NCBI GenBank assembly: GCA_013265495.1
Contig: MU058387.1
Span: 868,001 to 932,000, forward strand
Direction: 5' to 3'
Length of the DNA stretch: 64,000 nucleotides
From: Vicugna vicugna
Taxonomy: Eukaryota
Each line of letters begins with the position of its first letter. The stretch's first letter is position 1. Positions 62,609 through 64,000 of the stretch are shown here, piece after piece. The notes beneath the pieces are model-generated. The model saw only the letters and a program-made list of their open reading frames with translations, was not told the origin of the DNA and did no database searches. Made by a program: the position numbers and the translations under genes.

Positions 62609-64000
62609 CTCCCCACCTTGAATATTCTCCTACCACAGTCTTCCATAGCCCAGTAAATGAAGGCATCCTCATTAACTCCAATCCACCAGTCACGTTATTG
62701 GCTGTATCCTCAAAAATCTGCTCTGAATTTGATCACGTTTTACTTTTTCCACACTTTCCTCTCTATGTAGGCCTGTTGCAAGAGACTCCTAACAGGTCTT
62801 TCTGCTTCCACTCATGTTTGTCTACAATCTCTTCTCCACAAACATAAGCCAGATCACTTTCCTCCTGCCCAAAGCCTTTCCATACCTTTCATGTCACTTA
62901 GAATGAAAGCCAGTGTCTTTGCCCTGGCTGTGAGGCCTTGCATGATGTATGAGGCTACCACCTGCCACCTCGTTCCTCTTCCTGTTACCGGGTTGCTGTG
63001 CTTCACGGACAGCAGCCTTCCCGTGAGTGCTCGTGCTCCTGCGCCTGCACCACTGCACCTGCTCTTCTCTCAGTCTGGGATGGTCTTCCCTAGCTCTGTG
63101 TGTGGTTGGAAGCCTTCATTCAAGGCCCGTGTGAAAAGCACCCAATGTTGCTTCCACGTCTCGTCCTCCATGTTCATCTTGTAATCCTTTGTAGCTGGGT
63201 ATCACTTTGGAGGATCAGCTCTGACTACTCAGATTGCTAAATCTAACAGAGATGTGCCGTCTGTGTGTAGCTAATGCTTGCCGCAGCACTTGGTTCTTGG
63301 ACACTCACTTTCTTGAACTAGTCCTCTTTGCCCTGCATTAACACTGCTTTCTAAATTATATATTTATCCAGGCATCTTCTAGGCATTGTCTGTGCAGCCT
63401 GAGTGTCACTCTTGAAAATCCAGACAGTCTACTGAGGGCAAAGGTAATGAATAAACAGGTGAGGGTACAGCAGGTCACCTCTAGAGGAGAGCCCTTTTCT
63501 GATCATTCTGTCTAAACAATAGTCCTTCTTTTACTTTCTACCCCTTGGCTCTGTATTTATCACCGCCTTACATACGTTAGAATGTAAGCTCCCTGAGGGC
63601 AAGAGGTCAAGAATGTTTTTTAGCTGATCCTTGCTATGACTCTGGTTTTCAAAACAATTACTTAGCATTTTATCATAGTGGCTCAATCAATACTTTATGA
63701 GTTACGAAACCATTGCATTATTAAGCCAACAAGAATATCACTATTTAATGCCTTACATCTTGGTGTAATTTCGAGTAATTGTTTTTTTTTCTTATTTTTG
63801 ACGTGGACAATTCAAGTATTCACAAGTTTTTAGAAAGTGTGCACAGCATCCACAAGGTCCCAAGGGGATGTGAGCGCAACTTACACCACTGCAATCAAAT
63901 TGGAAAGCGAATAGAGAGGTATGAGATCACACCACTGCTCGTCCCCAGGGAGAGGTTTATAGTGCAAAAGGTAGAGATGAAAGCGATAAACTATTTTTTC

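Larger units (their letters stand above)
61690..63720 (+). mobile_element. L2 fragments, interrupted by MLT1 LTRs
   Basis: gcagatgactgaccatttatatctccagctctgacctct, aacaggtctttctgcttccactc, tagaatgtaagctccctgagggcaag. Confidence 0.75.

Noticed and set aside
1..64000. CRISPR array, operon or other prokaryote-type system; named host gene
   Set aside because: The sequence is eutherian repeat-rich DNA with no regularly spaced repeats or long ORFs, and no exon was recognisable enough to assign a gene symbol.

Overview
AT-rich mammalian genomic DNA dominated by interspersed repeats, so intronic or intergenic. It is almost certainly camelid (alpaca, llama or camel): it carries several tRNA-Ala-derived vic-1-type SINEs and matching lineage-specific L1 3' ends, on top of pan-eutherian MIR, L2, L1M, MER5A, MER46C, MaLR/ERVL LTRs and a decayed ERVL pol. 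I recognise no protein-coding exon and cannot name a host gene; the ORFs in the track are L1/ERVL fossils or chance frames. Repeat subfamily names come from remembered consensus sequences, not a search, and old-repeat boundaries are approximate. The best non-repeat signals are: two plus-strand polypyrimidine-CAG|GTAAGT sites resembling recursive-splicing ratchet points (1309/1310 and 30107/30108); a CpG-retaining candidate promoter or non-coding exon ending in a strong donor at 30731; a perfect DR5 nuclear-receptor element at 4354-4370; and an inverted pair of same-family ERV1 LTRs near 50-51.6 kb. Several clear retrotransposition and duplication scars are also visible. I found no convincing novel multi-gene system.
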